This document shows, in pieces, positions 41,465 to 54,549 of a stretch of DNA of 64,000 nucleotides. Position numbers and translations under genes: made by a program. This DNA is from Octopus vulgaris. Taxonomy: Eukaryota. The stretch is taken from NCBI GenBank assembly GCA_951406725.2, contig OX597824.1, positions 30,938,001-31,002,000 on the forward strand, read 5' to 3'. A model generated the notes under the pieces. That model was not told the DNA's origin. It made no database searches and saw only the letters and a list, made by a program, of their open reading frames with translations. Each line of letters starts with the position of its first letter. The stretch's first letter is position 1.

Positions 41465-42240
41465 GACAGGCTTCTTTCAGTTTCCGTCTACCAAATCCAC
41501 TCACAAGGCATTGGTTGGCCCGGGGCTATAGCAGAAGACACTTGCCCAAGATGCCACGAAGTGGGACTGAACCCGGAACTATGTGGTTGGTTAGCAAGCT
41601 ACTTACCACACAGCCACTCCTGCGCCTAATATAAGAATAATAATTAGCTATACTTTTTTGAATAAATTTATATCGCTTTTTTCTTTAATATTATTAAACC
41701 AATTTAGAGTATCATTATTACTAATCCATAAGTTGAGGTAGTTTAATTTATTTAATTTATTAATATATTTTTCTAAAATAAGTTTACTCAATTTACCAAG
41801 GCCCGATTTACATGAACAAATTAATCTAACTTTAGGGTCTGAATAAAAATTATCTTTATGGTCTCTCAAAGTAATTCTAAGATGCATAGGTACAAAAGGT
41901 TCAGTTTTATTATCCGACTAATTGTTCATCATGACAAATTTAGAGGCCTTGTTTATAGTATAAAGTGTATTATCTGGAACAAGTTTATATTTTTTAATTA
42001 TCTCTTCTACTAGAAGGTAATAGTATAATTTAACATCCAATTTATATAGATTCCTAGTTTTATCTGATTGTACAATAATACCATCCATATTTCTCATTTC
42101 TTTAATTCTAATAGCTAAATTTCTTAAATATTCACTATGTCTGTTTGGGTATTTATGAAATTTAATATTTTTCACCACCTTCCAAATATTATCTTCTAAG
42201 ATCTGTAAATCTCTATTATATGGGACTTTTTTTTAGATTT
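36730..42240 (-). mobile_element. Degenerate, very AT-rich Penelope-like element (RT, GIY-YIG, ~3 kb AT-rich tail)
   Basis: SDKTRNLYK; LRITLRDHKDNF..PKVRLI; MGAPDS..LVGIYLL..GLYRDD..YLDINFNL..KPYHK; LYKC..YIGSTS..STGISKYIW. Confidence 0.85.
41233..41628 (+). mobile_element. Octopus-type SINE inserted in the Penelope RT
   Basis: cttgtttcagtcatttt actgcggccatgctggagcaccgcc...gggactgaacccggaac...cacagccactcctgcgcc. Confidence 0.85.
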
Positions 42241-42289
42241 AATGGAATGTGACTAAATGAAGTTTACTTTTTCTCTCTTACTGTCCACA

Positions 42290-42660
42290 CTTCCATCAGT
42301 AGGTGCAGTGCTTGGATCGCACTGGTGAAGACGCTATGCTGTTGCTCAAAATAGTCACCAATAGCAGATAAAACGTCATCATCTACTCCATACTGGTGCC
42401 CAGCCGAGTATTTTTCATGTTGAGAAACAGATGATAATCAGTTGGAACCAAATCACTAACATTGGATTGGTGACCTACTAGTTCAAATCCAGTCAAGCAC
42501 TGCTGAAACCAAGGACTTGGGTGCTGAAGCATTGTCTTAATGAAACAAGATCTCATTTATCAGTTTATCTTGGGCGCTTGGTCTTGATAGACTTTTGTAA
42601 CTACCTTAGCAAGTTTACGACTGATTCCGTGATCAGTTTGAACATAGTCAATAAACACAA
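42290..42660 (-). mobile_element. mariner transposase 3' fragment
   Basis: Minus strand DLVPTDYHLFLNMK, similar to SPDLAPSDYHLF. Confidence 0.6.
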
Positions 42661-42959
42661 TATTTTTTGCGTTAACGTATAGTATATGTAATAATATGAA
42701 GTGTATTTTGTATGTTAAAATGTTTTGTATATTAAAATATTTAACTTCGGAAATATATCAACCGAATCAAACATAAGGTAGCGAAGAAGTCCCTGTTTTA
42801 ATTTAAGATAACCTCGCATGTGTCCTTCCTCATAACTTAAAGACGGACTAATAATAATTCTAACTGCAATAGGTAATCTTGAATGGCGTATCAAACAGTC
42901 TGTGTTATTTTCTTCTGTTCTAGTATTCAGCATATAAGCAACATTGGGGAATTTCCACA

Positions 42960-43260
42960 GCTACCTAAATATATGGACATAAGCAGTCACGGTTCTCTGC
43001 ACACCCACATGTGATCCCGTCCATTGTTGAAGAGGTGCGTGATCGGTTATTGCATAATCTTTCATGATTACAAATAAGTGAAAACCTCCAACAATCAAAG
43101 ACCACGAACCTTTGTGGTGCCCAGTGTAATACACATTACCGGCGATGAAAGATCTCCATTTTCGTAGCTTCAAGTATATGGAAGAAGTAGAATAAACGAG
43201 AGCAGTTCTGGTCCTCTTGGCTAATAATCGAAAAAACAAACGGCCGAAATAGGGTTCCTA
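42960..43260 (-). mobile_element. Gypsy-like RNase H fragment
   Basis: GFHLFVI...ITDHAPLQQW motif. Confidence 0.4.
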
Positions 43261-43664
43261 CGAAGAGTGTTTGGAGAACGTTATTGTATCGTGTGCGTAT
43301 CCTTGACATCAGAGAGGTATTCTAGGTAGGGCATCTACTTCCCGATCATATTCCCGATACTACAGATGTGAGGTAAGAATATATTAGGAATGAATCAACG
43401 GACAGATTTTGCGGGCAAAACAACTGACAGGAAACCAGGGGTACATCATGAGCAAGTTGTCTGGAAAACATCAATGAGCTCGGTTAGTCTCTTTTCGGGT
43501 TCCAGCTGAATCAAATGGATATGGTTAATTGTGACGGGACCCGGTGGAAGACAGGATCGAGCGTTCTTCCTCTATAATTCTTCCAGGAATTAAGCGGGTG
43601 AAGAAGATGAGTGGAGATTTACAGTCACAAATAATCCACACACATAAACACGTATACCTGTATA

Positions 43665-44092
43665 TATTGGTTTCAAATGTTAGCACAAGACCAGTGATTC
43701 CGGTGGAGGGAGAAACACGATTACATCGACCTCAGTGTTCAACTGGCACTTATTTTATTGACCCTGAAAGAATGAAAGACAAAGTCGACCCCGGCGGCGT
43801 TTGAACTCAAAAACTAAGGACGAAAGAAATGTCCGGCATGCTAACCACCCTGCTAGCTCGTTGTCTGTAGATTTGTATATATTAATTTCAATTTTGGCAC
43901 AAGGCCAGTAATATCGGGTGAGAGAAAAGTCCATTACATAGATCCCAGTGCTCAACAGGTACATATTTTATCGATCCGGAACGGATGAAAGGCAAAATCG
44001 ACCTTGACGGAATTTGAACTTAGAACATGAAGACGGACGAAATGCCCCGAAGCATCTAGTCCGATGGGCTAGCGTTTCTGCCGCTCGCCACC
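43665..44092 (-). mobile_element. Two tandem SINE copies
   Basis: cgaccctgaaagaatgaaagacaaagtcgacc...tttgaactc unit repeated twice. Confidence 0.7.
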
Positions 44093-44399
44093 TTTGTATA
44101 TGTATTTGTTGATAGACAGAAAGGTATGCATACACACGCGCGCGCACAGACGCTGACACACACACACACACACACACGGACGCCCGCCGTCTGCACGTAC
44201 GCACACACACACACACATTAATGTAAATGAATAGATTATATAAATAATTTTTTTTGTGTGTGCATGAGTGTGTATGCTATAGTGCATAAACGCCCTGGGG
44301 CAAGCTGCATGGCGCAAGTACATTCGCTCATATAAGCATCCGCACTAATGTCAGCATACGCACACCTGAGGTTTGGTGCACTCATAATCATTAAACGAG

Positions 44400-45135
44400 G
44401 TATCTCTCTACTTTATTTGTAAGATTGGGGAGGTTAAAAGTAAACTTAAGTTATCCATATCTTAAAGTAAATTAAATCGTTCCTATTGCATTGTGCGAAA
44501 GTGCATTTATATGCGTGTAGGCACCTCGAAATTCGTTTAGAAATTCTGTTAATGATCTTCTCGTAGTCCACGGAATAGACAGGGATTCCTCGGAGCAGAG
44601 ACGGCATCCCCTGGAAATTATATTGTATAGTCTCGCATACCTTTCTATGGAACAATTTACTCTGTACTTCATTTTATCCATATTTTAATTGCCATACAAA
44701 ATCTGCCAAAGATGCTGAATGTCTCTTATTGATTGTTTTAAAGCTGACTACATGGTTACAGTAACGATTCTTAAATGACTCAGCCGTCTGCCCAATGTAA
44801 GTATATGGCCCTCCCCTTGTGTGCAGCGTACATTTATATACAAGATTTGTACTCGTACAGAGATTCATCAAAAGACATTTTGATTTTCCTCTGCATGAGC
44901 AGTTATCGTATTTATTTGTGTATAAGGCAGTCCCGACTCCATTTACCGACGTTGTTACCGTGTTAAATCTATCATATGTATTTCTACTACTACAAATTGA
45001 TCGTAATTGGCGTTTATCATTGCGGTTTATATCTCTTTGGTTGGTATTTGGATGCAAATATTCGCTAGATCCGGTACGTGGGTTATTGAAACTTTGCTGC
45101 ATTTTACTATTGCTTATTCGATGCATAAGCTGTTA
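44400..45135 (-). mobile_element. Penelope-like GIY-YIG fragment
   Basis: CSCRGKSKCLL...NLVYKC...YIGQTAESFKNRYCNH..SF...SASLADFVWQLK. Confidence 0.85.
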
Positions 45136-45561
45136 CAAATTAGCAGAGTTGGCATAAAGAGTAAAGATAGTATTATGATAGAAACCACAAAACACGTCAA
45201 ATAAAGCTATCCGAGTTTTCTGAATCGATATAATTTATTTCATCATTTTTCACTAGTCTGTTGACAGTTGACAAACAGCTTGAAAAATGAGGAAATAAAT
45301 TCGAACAAGCTTCTGCGTTGGTATTCAGTTGAAGGTTATAGCGTTACTTTTAAAATCGAATTGAATTCTGGTCTTATATTCACCTCTACTGGTATTACAG
45401 ATGGAACGTGATTTTAAAATATTTACTAGTATTACATTTAATTGAAGGAGTTTGTTTACATTTTACTGTATGGAGTATATTATCTATTCAGAGGTATTTC
45501 ACTTATTTGGGGTTTATACCCTCAATTAATATCATTGCTATTATTATTATTAATATTAATA

Positions 45562-45613
<52 letters not shown>

Positions 45614-45614
45614 C

Positions 45615-47019
45615 ATTGACATTTACTTTTAATCCGCATGTTTGATGCAATCACCTGCCGGGGCACACCCAGCGCCCTAGGGCAAGTGAAGGTTAAGAGT
45701 TGTTGAAATATAGCTGAAAGCTTGGGGAGGGGAAGTAGAGATATATCTCCATGTAATGCAAACACAAACATTTACATTGATAGGGTTTTTCTAAGGATGT
45801 GGGCAGTACTTGTTAGCACAATCTTTTGGATTTCCTTGAGACATGGTTTTCCAGGGATATTGTCTAGGTGTTTCTGACATCCCTTTTTTATCATACCTAG
45901 GGCACCTACAATAACAGGAACAGTTTTTGCTTTAAGATTCCACATCCTCTGTATTTCGATTTCCAGGTCCTTATATTTACTAAGTTTGTCAAATTCCTTT
46001 ACAGATACATTTTTATCAGTGGGGACGCTTACTTCTATTAGTCTGCAGGTATTTTCTTTCCTGTCTTTAACAATTATGTCTGGTCGATTAGCCTTTATCG
46101 TTCTGTCAGTGTTGACTGGAAAATCCCAGAGGATGGTGACACCTTTACCTTCAACAACTGGCTGAGGATGGTGTTCATACCAGTTAGTAGGAGTGTCGGA
46201 TTTGTAGTGTTTACATATCTTCCAATGTATATACTGTCCTACCCTATCGTGGCGATTTTTGTATTCGTTTGGTGTCAGCACAGGACATCCCGAAACGAGA
46301 TGGTCTATTGTTTCGTCAAATGTGTCACAGAATCTGCATTTAGGGTCAGTACCGTTTCGGAGAACGTTAGCCTGGTAATTTCTGGTAAACAAGCTTTGAT
46401 CTTGTGCTGCCATTATGAAGCCTTCAGTCTCTGCTTTCAATCCAGAACTCTTCAGCCACTGATGGGTTGTTGCTTGGTCTACATCAGCATTTTGTCTTCG
46501 GAGAATATATTGTCCATGCAGGGGCTTCTGGCTCCACCGCCTCTCAATTTGATTCTGCCCGTTCTTTTTTGCAGTCTGCTTGATTCGCTTTGCTTGCTTG
46601 GTAGCAGTGGTTTCCGGCTCTTCATCTGATTCAAGGTTAATGTCTAGTTCCCTTTCGAACTTATAAGCTTCCTTGACAATAGAATGCAGCTTTTTGCTGC
46701 TTTCGTGTTCGCACACAAGTCGCAGCATCCAGTCCTTTGTACTAGATAGGTACCTGTTCATTCCTACAGTAGAGGTCTTATAGCACAGCTCTAATTGCAT
46801 CATTCCTCTCCCCCCGCTGCTTCTAGGTAGGTACAAGCGGTCTACATCTGCCTTAGGGTGGTGCATGCTCTTGGATGTCAGTAACTTTCTTGTCTTCCTG
46901 TCCAAGCGTTGGAGTTCCGTAAGGTTCCAGTTAATGATGTTAAAATTGTACTGGACTACTGGAAGTGCCAGGGTGTTAATGGCCTCAATGCAGGTGTTAA
47001 TGCCAGGGTGTTAATGGCC

Positions 47020-47020
<1 letters not shown>
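45615..47020 (-). mobile_element. 5'-truncated R4/Dong-clade RLE LINE inserted in a (TAA)n tract; uninterrupted ORF ~46990-45772
   Basis: CRFC...ETIDHLVSGC zinc knuckle, RHD, ILWDF..TDR...NRPDI, K..KYKDL RLE motifs; (TTA)n on both flanks. Confidence 0.92.
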
Positions 47021-47087
<67 letters not shown>

Positions 47088-47193
47088 GTCATTATTATTA
47101 TTATTATTCTATGTTTGACTTTTGCTTTACATCTGCACTAGCTGACAAAACTCATTAATATTATTATCATTGTTATTATTATTATTATTATTA

Positions 47194-47235
<42 letters not shown>

Positions 47236-47355
47236 GTTATTGTTGTTGTTGTTATTATTATTATTATTATTGTTGTTGTTGTTGTTGTTTTTGTTGTTAT
47301 TATTATTATTAATATTATTATTATCATTAGTATTATTATTATTATTATTATTATT
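47020..47355. repeat. (TTA)n/(TTG)n trinucleotide tracts
   Basis: Seen directly; similar tracts at 40228-40400 and 45540-45612. Confidence 0.95.
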
Positions 47356-47399
47356 GTTTCATGGTTTTTGTGTAAAGCTTTACTTTTGTCAGTAGTCTT

Positions 47400-48190
47400 T
47401 TCAGCGATTTGGATTGCTTTTTACAGTTGATGAATTTATGTTTTCAGAAGATAGTACATTTTTGGATCCCCAGTGAACATTGACAGATTTTGTACAATGG
47501 CTTTATATGCCGCATTGTTTCTAGCGTTGTGAGTTATTATAAGCGGTAGTATTTTGAGATGCGGTGTGGAGTTTCGTTTTTTATCCCTTAGTATTCTAAT
47601 GCCTTTTTGTTCTGGCACGCTTAATTCTATCATCTATAAGTGAGTGTTTTTCTAAGGTCTTGAAAACGAAGGTCCCGTGTATTTCCGTCAAACACCATTG
47701 CAAAAGGTCTTTGCGTTAAATGAACGGGAATATTTCTTTTGATGTGTTTCGCGAGGCATGAGCTAAACAGAAGATATTTTCTTCGACTCCGTTGGCTTAT
47801 GATAAATATCGGTTACAATTTCGTTGTTGACTTTTTATCAGATTATCTAAGAAATGGGGTGGGGGATGTTCTTTGCTATATTCCATTGTAAACTAAATAT
47901 TAGGGTTTATACTATTTAGTATTGATTTTAATTCCAAACTTTTATCAAAGGTCTCATTCCAAATGATACAGCAGTCTTCCACATATCTTTTCGCATATCT
48001 TATCTCTCTTATATAAAGGTGAAATGGATATCCATATGTTTGCAGTGACACTTCATATATGGTGAATTCAAAATATCTCATTATTAGGTTCCCATCACAA
48101 TTCCACATTTTTGTCGATAGTAGATGTCATAAAATATGAAATAATTGTTCTGAAGTATAAAATTGTAAGTTTCAATAATAAAACTTGGTT
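47400..48190 (-). mobile_element. Degenerate Penelope-like RT fragment
   Basis: RYVEDCCIIW...LNSINPNI*FTME...FLD, IYHKPT motifs. Confidence 0.7.
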
Positions 48191-48199
48191 TACACGTTC

Positions 48200-48420
48200 C
48201 ACATAAGGACCTGGAAATTGAAATACAAAAGATGTGACCTCTTAAAGTGAGAACTATTCCTGTTATTGTCAGTGCCCTAGGTATGATAAAAAAGAAGGGA
48301 TGTCAGAAACATCTAGATAATATCCCAAGGGAACCATGTCTCAGAGAAGTAAAAAAAAAAATGTGCTGACTATTTCCGCCATATCCTTAGAGAAACCTTA
48401 TCAATTTAGATGTCTGTGTT
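48200..48420 (+). mobile_element. Short 3' fragment of the same R4/Dong family
   Basis: KDLEIEIQKM*..VIVSALGMIKK..CQKHLDNIP, similar to the 45772-45975 reverse complement. Confidence 0.8.
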
Positions 48421-48899
48421 GTATCATAAAAACATCAAAATATTTATAAATTTCATCCCTGGATTATTATTTTTTAATTACTATATATGTCTATACATAC
48501 ATGCGCACGCGCAGACACATACACAGATATATATCTATACAACTACCAATGTGCACTCATAAGGCTTTCACCAATCTGTCCCTTGCACAAAATGCAGCAT
48601 AGTGCTACTGACGATGGAACCATGCGAACCATGTGATTAGGAAAAATTCGTATCTAATACACACGTTTGCATTTCGTGGTATTCCTTTAACATTCTCCCT
48701 TCCAATAGGATATCAAATTTCGTGTATGAGTGTTTATATATACGTCATGTGCGTGTGTGTGTGTGTGTGTGTGTTTGTATGTGTATGTTTGTGTTGTGTG
48801 TGTGTGTGTGTGTGTGCAAGACAGAAAGAGATAGACGGGTAGATAAATAGATAGATAGAGAAACAGACAGACTGAGAGACGGACAGACAGACAGACAGA

Positions 48900-48932
48900 T
48901 ATATAGATAGATAAATAGATAGATAGATAGAC

Positions 48933-49016
<84 letters not shown>
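48900..49016 (+). repeat. (GATA)n microsatellite just upstream of the copy-2 promoter
   Basis: Long agatagatag tract. Confidence 0.95.
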
Positions 49017-49017
<1 letters not shown>

Positions 49018-49031
49018 TGCGTGCGACCGAT

Positions 49032-49100
49032 CCGGAAGTGAGCGAACGCATGTTTAGTACTTACCGGATATTTCTGACGTGTATATTTACGCCACGTCAC
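49032..49100 (+). promoter_or_regulatory. Putative proximal promoter, copy 2: ETS-like CCGGAAGTG plus paired TGACGTG / GCCACGTCA
   Basis: CCGGAAGTG 49032-49040, TGACGTG 49075-49081, GCCACGTCA 49091-49099 upstream of ATG 49148. Confidence 0.42.
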
Positions 49101-49147
49101 TATCAGTGTGGTACCATAGACAGTAAAATATCTCTAAAGGAAAGGCA

Positions 49148-49261
49148 ATGGAAATCAGCCGATATACTTCTCTATTTTCTCTCCTTCTTCTACTAGTATA
49201 CAGCATAACCAAATATTCATCTGCAACAGTGGGTGCTTATGACGGAGATTATTTGTCGGAT
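49148..49261 (+). CDS. Exon 1 (signal peptide) of putative secreted galectin-like gene, copy 2
   Basis: MEISRYTSLFSLLLLLVYSITKYSSATVGAYDGDYLSD (38 codons); donor GAT|gtaagt at 49262, phase 0; paralogue of 11135-11251. Confidence 0.72.
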
Positions 49262-50922
49262 GTAAGTTTTGATTTATCAACACTGGATGTAAATAGACTG
49301 AATTCTTTTCATTTTAATTCTTATAAATTATTTTATAGATTTCTAGCTTTGATCCGGTTCCAGTTATATATATCATATAACATCATAGTAACTGATATGC
49401 GTAGGGTCATTGTGTTTCGGGGTATTTCTTCCCGGTCCTCATTAACAATTCATGTCTATATAAATATATATACATATATATATATATACAAAAACATGCA
49501 AACATATATGCATGCACTCACGCACAAATATGTATAGAGGCAATTGACGATTATTTAGATAGACAAATTAGATGTATCAAATATTATAACAGCTCGGATA
49601 TGAAATACAAAATATGTATATATGTATGCATGCAAAACGAGAGTAACAAAAAAGTGGAGAAATTCAGTCAATGAATATTTAATAATAAATACGCAGATAT
49701 TTAGTTTAAAAGATCTAACTTACATACAGTAAAAATGACACAAAAATTAAAGTTTTAGGAATAAAGGTTTTATAATTCCAGCAGCTGTTGGATGTATAAT
49801 ACCTTCCTTCCAACCCTTTAGTTTTCTCTGTCGTTTGTTCTCTGTGTAAGTTGTATCTATTAATATTAATATCTGTCTATTTATACTTAAATATTCATAA
49901 TCTGAAAGTCTTCACTTCGCTTTCTCTCGTTTTGCATGCATACATATATACATATTTTGTAGGTCATATCAAAATCGTTATATTTAATACTTCTAATTTG
50001 TTTATCCATATAACTGCCTCTAAATCTGGTCAACTTTATCACACGTTTAGTAATTGCTTACCCCGTGGAGTTGGTTTCCTTTAAATACATCAGAGTGTAT
50101 GTTTGAATCATTTGTACACAACTAAATGTACTCCATAGAGAGAATCTCTTGGTCTCATCTATGGATCACACACACATATACATTCATATATATATGAATA
50201 TATATATATATATATATACATATTTTCATACATATATAAAGGCACACACACACACACACTCGAGGGTGTTCATTAAATATTTCCCTTGATTCACTTCCGG
50301 TTATTGCCGGATACGGAACTGAAACAGGTCTCGACAAGTAAACATACTTGTCTCTAGATGTCACATTGTAAATTGCAGCTTTCCACTGGTATTCATTTGT
50401 CTTTTATGGTTGCTGAAGTGGGCTGAGGTATTATAATGGAGGAAGTTGAATGCACATCCGCGATCAGGTTCTTATACTAGAAAGGTCGTACACCAAAATA
50501 GATTTTCGATGAAATGAAAGAAGTTTATGGTGATGATGCACCATTCACATAACGTAGTCAATCACCGGCATCACTGGATCTCACTCATAAGGTATTGGAA
50601 TCTTACATTGTGTATAAACTCTATATTTGAAAGGAGCCATTTTAAATTCTGTTGGATTTTACTCATAGGGTATTGGAAATTAACATATATACCATTCTGC
50701 CTAAAAAATGGATCTATAACTTCAATATTCCTACATATCTTACATCTATTTTTATTTTCTCCCCCCCACACCCTATTTTGTATCCTCTCACACCGTCTCC
50801 GATGACGTGATATAATTAATAAATATCCTGGAAACAGCTGTACGACTTATCTATAAATGTTCTAATATCTACACAGCCTTTTTATCTCATTACGCAAAAA
50901 ATTATTTTATATATATATATAT

Positions 50923-51120
50923 TTGTCCCCGTCACTTAGCGGTTCGGCAAAAGAGGCCAATAGAATAAGTACTGGGCTTACAAAGAATAAGTCCCGGGGT
51001 CGAGTTGCTTGCCTAAAGGCGGTACTCCAGCATGGCCGCAGTCAAATGACTGAAACAAGTAAAAGAGAGTATACATGGCGGTGCCCCAGCATGGCCACAG
51101 CTCGTGAGCTGAAACTAGAT
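50923..51120 (-). mobile_element. SINE fragment unique to copy 2
   Basis: cttagcggttcggcaaaagag...ccagcatggccgcagtcaaatgactgaaacaag; absent at the paralogous site ~12920. Confidence 0.75.
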
Positions 51121-51523
51121 GATATGATATGATATGATATGATATATATGTGTGTGTGTGTGTATGTGTGTGTGTATGTCTGTGTTTGTGTGTGTGAACA
51201 TGTATGCTACGGCACAGGCATTGATGGTATTTCTATTTTATATAGTTTGACGGCACCTGTGGCAGATTGGAACAGAAACCTTCTGAATAGATGTTTGTTT
51301 TCAGGTTTTGTAACTTCCAACACCTCACTTTGGTACTTAGGCAGTTAGCCATGGAGATAAATTTTGCAATGGTTATTGGTAGGAATTCAAATTTATAACC
51401 CAGATCAAGCACCTACAAATTCCTATTCTATTTGGCACAGATGTTCGCTTTCTGACTAAGCTAAAATATAATACGTCGACAGCTTTTGGGAAAGCCATTT
51501 CAACTGCACAACAGTTTCTTTTC

Positions 51524-51607
<84 letters not shown>

Positions 51608-51999
51608 AATATGTCTGTCCTACTTTGTATGTATTCGAGTACATGTTCTTACTATCACTAATTGCCAGTTTCAGTGATCATTTCCTTTATATACAATGTT
51701 GCATATGAACTGTTCTAAACAATGTGATTAATGTCTCATTGTATTTCTCCAGTAAAATGATATTACTGAAGTGAACAAATGCGTATTTATGGATTCTCGA
51801 CTGTTACATCATCCACAGCGAGCTAACAGCGTTAGTCGACTGTTTGTAAAGGAGAAACTATATGATTTAATTCATATTCGTATGTAAAATGTTTTTTGAT
51901 GTTAGCAATTCCATTCCTTCACTTTTTTGGCAAAAACAGGCGATGGAAAGCGAAACTCATAGGGACAGACTGCACAATAGAGAAATATATTGTGTGTAA

Positions 52000-52928
52000 A
52001 ATCATCGAAGCATGGCGGCAACAGTGAGGGGAGAGATAAATTACGACCTTGTCAATCCTGCGTCAAACAAAACCGTTCGTCCCAGTTGAAGAGGCCTTCA
52101 TCTCCTGCTGCTTCATCTCAAGGTTGAATTTGCAGATCCAACTCGCGACACGTCGTATGTGCAATTCAGACATTAGTATTACCTGCACGGACCCATACAA
52201 TAATCCAACAAAATCAGCAATGGCATTGATTGTCCTCGGCGATTCTCACGCCGAAACGGATGAATTTTCCCACATTTCCTCGGTTGACGCTCCTGGCAGG
52301 TCTACCAGATCGCTTTTCGTCTTCCAGGGATGTTCTTCCGCCTTTGAAGCACCTGTGCCACTCGAAACAGTGCGTACAACCCACTGCCACTTCGCCGTAA
52401 GCTTGCAGAAGCATGCTCAATGTTTCTGTAGCAGACTTCCTGAGTTTAATGAAACATTTCATGCTGGCTCTTTGTTCCTCTCCATGATAGAGTCTCAGAC
52501 TACAGCATACACGTGATCATGAAAACACAAATTTCTCAACTTGCGAAGTAAACACAGCGGTATCACTCGGCGCAAAAGGCGGCGAGCTGGCAGAAACGTT
52601 AGCACGCCGGGAGAAAAGATTAGAGGTATTTCGTCTGCCGTTACGTTGTGAGTTCAAATTCCGCCGAGGTCGACTTTGCCTTTCATCCTTTCGGGGTTGA
52701 TAAATTAAGTACCAATTACGCACTGGGGTCGATCTAATCGACTTAATACCTATGTCTGTCCTTGTTTGTCCCCTCTGTGTTTAGCCCCTTATGGGCAATA
52801 AAGAAGTAGGTATCACTCGGTGCACTGCCTCATGAAAGTCACTGTAATCTCTCACTACACACGCAACTGTGTGCTATTCGTTGGCGCGCTACAGAACTAG
52901 TCCGGGAACTTTGTCATACCATCTCGTA
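52000..52928 (-). mobile_element. mariner 5' portion containing a SINE (52575-52809) with 15 bp TSD
   Basis: IKLRKSATETLSML.QAYG...FEWH.CFKGGRTSLEDEKRSGRP; TACGAG terminus; TSD gtatcactcgg(c/t)gca at 52560 and 52810. Confidence 0.85.
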
Positions 52929-54549
52929 TATTCATTAGATGTGCCTTTTTTATGTACGGAAAGCAATATCAGTTTGATACTTTGTGTATATTCGAGTACA
53001 CCATTCTTTTGTCACTATATAAGTATTAGCTGATTTGATTTACCATTCTAACCATTCTACTAAATATGTAATATGTTCTAAATAACTTGCTTAATTTCTG
53101 AGAATGATTTTCGAGTAAAATCATTTTAGAATGTGAACGAACTCGTGTTTAAATCTTAAAATATATGCTCCACATCTCCCCAGTGTCACATAAGTGACAA
53201 CGTGCTATCATTGTTAGTCAACTTTTCATGATTTTCTTTTATTCGTTTCAATCATTTGACTGTGGCCATGCTGGAGCACCGCCTTAAAGGGTTTTAGTCA
53301 AAGAAATCAACCCCATGTCTTATTCTTTGTAAGCCTAGTACTTATTATGCTGGTCTCTTTTGCCGAACCGCTAAGTTACATAAACGCACCAGCATCTGTT
53401 ATCTAGTGATGGTGGTGGTAATGGTGGTGTGGGAAACGCACACACACACACATACAAACACACACATACATAAAGAAGATATATATATACGACGAGCTTC
53501 TTTCGGTTTCCGTCTACTAAATCCACTCACAAGGCTATAGTCGGCCGGAGACTATAGTAGAAAACATGTCCAAGGTGCCACGAAGTGGGACTGAACTCGG
53601 AATTATGTGACTGGGAAGAAGCTCCTTATCAGCCACACTTGCGCCTAATAGACTAACTATTGAATTTAATTAATGCCGTTTTGTTCCTTTGGCACTATTT
53701 AACCTGTATAAAACGTAAGTTTTGATCTACTTGAAAGCAGAAGATCATTTCCTTTTCAACAGATTTTGCAGACCTTATCCGAGAATTTCAATACATCAGA
53801 AGGATTTTCAAGTTACTTTAATTAAGAAAGACGTTTTTACATTTCTCGTATCTTGTGATATTCCTTTGATATTCTCTTACATGACAAATATCTGCATTAG
53901 ATTCTAGTGAGATTATGAATCAGAATATATGTGTGTATTTTTGTATGGCAGAATCGGTGAATCACTAGACACACTTTGTTGTAGCAATTAAAATTTCGTT
54001 AGCTCTTTAGTACATTCTGGTTTCAATCCCATTGAACGTTCGGTTAGACGAAATTCCTACAATAAGACATAGATAGAACTTACTTTAATGAATCGCAATT
54101 CATTTTTGTGCAAATTGTACATACAAATATTTATTGGAATAATACCCTAGATGTGAGACAGTGAGCTTACAAAATCTATAAATGCCAATTACAGAAGTCG
54201 TGTTCCGATTTGTATTTGAAGTTGTTCCAAAACTTTGGTGAAAGTTATGAACGCAACCCTTCATTGTTATATTTAACTTGAGAATATGATGCCTTACATC
54301 TTTTTAGGAGATCATTCATAAACGTCACTAGATTATGGTTAATAAATGTATGTAAGTCAATAAACATTGTCCTGAATCAAACAAAAGATAAAAAGTGAAA
54401 ATGACAAACTTTAGGAATATACTTATTATATTGGTGAAAATTTATAATGTGACCTGAAGCTTTCTCTGCTGTTTTTTCGTGAACACCAGTTACAAATATT
54501 TGTGTCATGTGTAAGCTCGTCGAGAGGAAGAGCACAACTAATCCAGAGA

